Origin: Botryllus schlosseri | Taxonomy: Eukaryota | Length of the DNA stretch: 64,000 nucleotides | Reading direction: 5' to 3' | NCBI GenBank assembly: GCA_051294905.1 | Contig: CM119372.1 | Span: forward strand, 28,274,001-28,338,000 | Shown: piece after piece, positions 63,110 to 64,000 of the stretch | Layout of the letters: each line of letters opens with the position of its first letter | Numbering within the stretch: the stretch's first letter is position 1 | Made by a program: the position numbers and the translations under genes | Notes under the pieces: generated by a model | The model's input: only the letters and a program-made list of their open reading frames with translations | Told to the model about the DNA's origin: nothing | Database searches by the model: none

Positions 63110-63692
63110 CAGGGGTGTAATGACTCGAGTCAGACTCGAGTAACGATTTTCTGATGACTCGACTTGACTCGAGTCATTTTCTTAAAATACGGAAATGACT
63201 CGACTCGACTCGACTCGAGTGAATGTGTGTATTGACTCGACTTGGACTCGAGTCATTGCGCATGACTCGAACCAAGTCATATGACTCGAGACTCAGACGG
63301 CCTATACCGACATTTCATTGTCATTTCGAAGAACAGTAAAGTAACCTGCCTATTGGGATTTCGTATATTGGTACTTGTACTTGAAAATACGACCAAAACT
63401 GTTAAAAGTGAGGAAAATTGATATATTATAAATGCGAACCATTCGATATCACCAAACAGAGTTAAATAAGTGGGTTTAACAGGACTTTAACTGGAAACTG
63501 AGCAGTCAACACAATGACTTGGACTCGGACTCGAGTCATAATACAATGACTCGGACTCGAACCTTTGTTCGATTACTTGGACTCGGATTTGACTCGGTGG
63601 TGAATAGAAAATGACTCGACTTGAGTCGAGTCAAAACCATAAAAGATAGATTGACTTGTGACTCGGAGCTTTGTGACTTGGTTACAACCCTG
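63110..63692. mobile_element. GACTCGAGTC-rich MITE copy
   Basis: CAGGGGTGTAATGACTC..GGTTACAACCCTG; flanks TTATATC/ATATATC. Confidence 0.82.
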
Positions 63693-64000
63693 ATATATCA
63701 CGGAAAATATGGGCTCCGTTCGAGCAACACCGTTATCCGCAAACCATGGAATTGGCACAAATACGATGATTGGCTGATTTACGACAGTCATAAACCACTA
63801 AAGCAGTGGCTCCGACGACGATACAAGTTGGGATATATTTATGCTCCTCGTTGTTTCAATCGTTATTAGTCGATTACTATTCACGCTTCTATGGAAACTG
63901 GGGCTGGAGCTTTTTGGGTCAGAATAAGGTAAACAGCAGTGCTACCAAATATATTTGAATAATATTCTTCGTGTAGCTATATTATATGCTCGGTGCATTT

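Noticed and set aside
61140..63870. Possible gene start downstream of DNAL4 (exon-like stretches at ~61280-61605 and ~63700-63870)
   Set aside because: No coherent frame or recognisable protein; interrupted by transposons and close to the window edge.

Overview
AT-rich, intron-containing animal DNA, not prokaryotic. The gene set and the many 44-58 nt introns suggest an invertebrate, possibly a tunicate, but this is inference. Four protein-coding genes were reconstructed by hand from GT-AG sites and reading-frame phase. They are MED14 (minus, 5 coding exons, 9102-19563), an FBXL8-like F-box/LRR gene (plus, single coding exon, 21961-23106), a TERB1/CCDC79-like meiotic telomere armadillo-repeat gene (minus, about 18-21 exons, ~25104-41060, apparently lacking the C-terminal MYB domain) and DNAL4 (plus, 3 coding exons, 51208-61073). 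Introns and intergenic DNA are crowded with nested non-autonomous hAT-type DNA transposons carrying 8-bp target-site duplications (TSDs), two tRNA-derived SINE copies and a decayed hATm-like transposase. The most striking structure is a 9.2-kb foldback-type element at 41085-50276. Its ~2.8-3 kb inverted arms are built from 205-bp tandem arrays, it has 44 identical terminal bases, and its perfect 8-bp TSD (TTCTGAAA) duplicates the splice acceptor of the first coding exon of the TERB1-like gene. Protein identifications rest on recalled human sequences, not on database searches.
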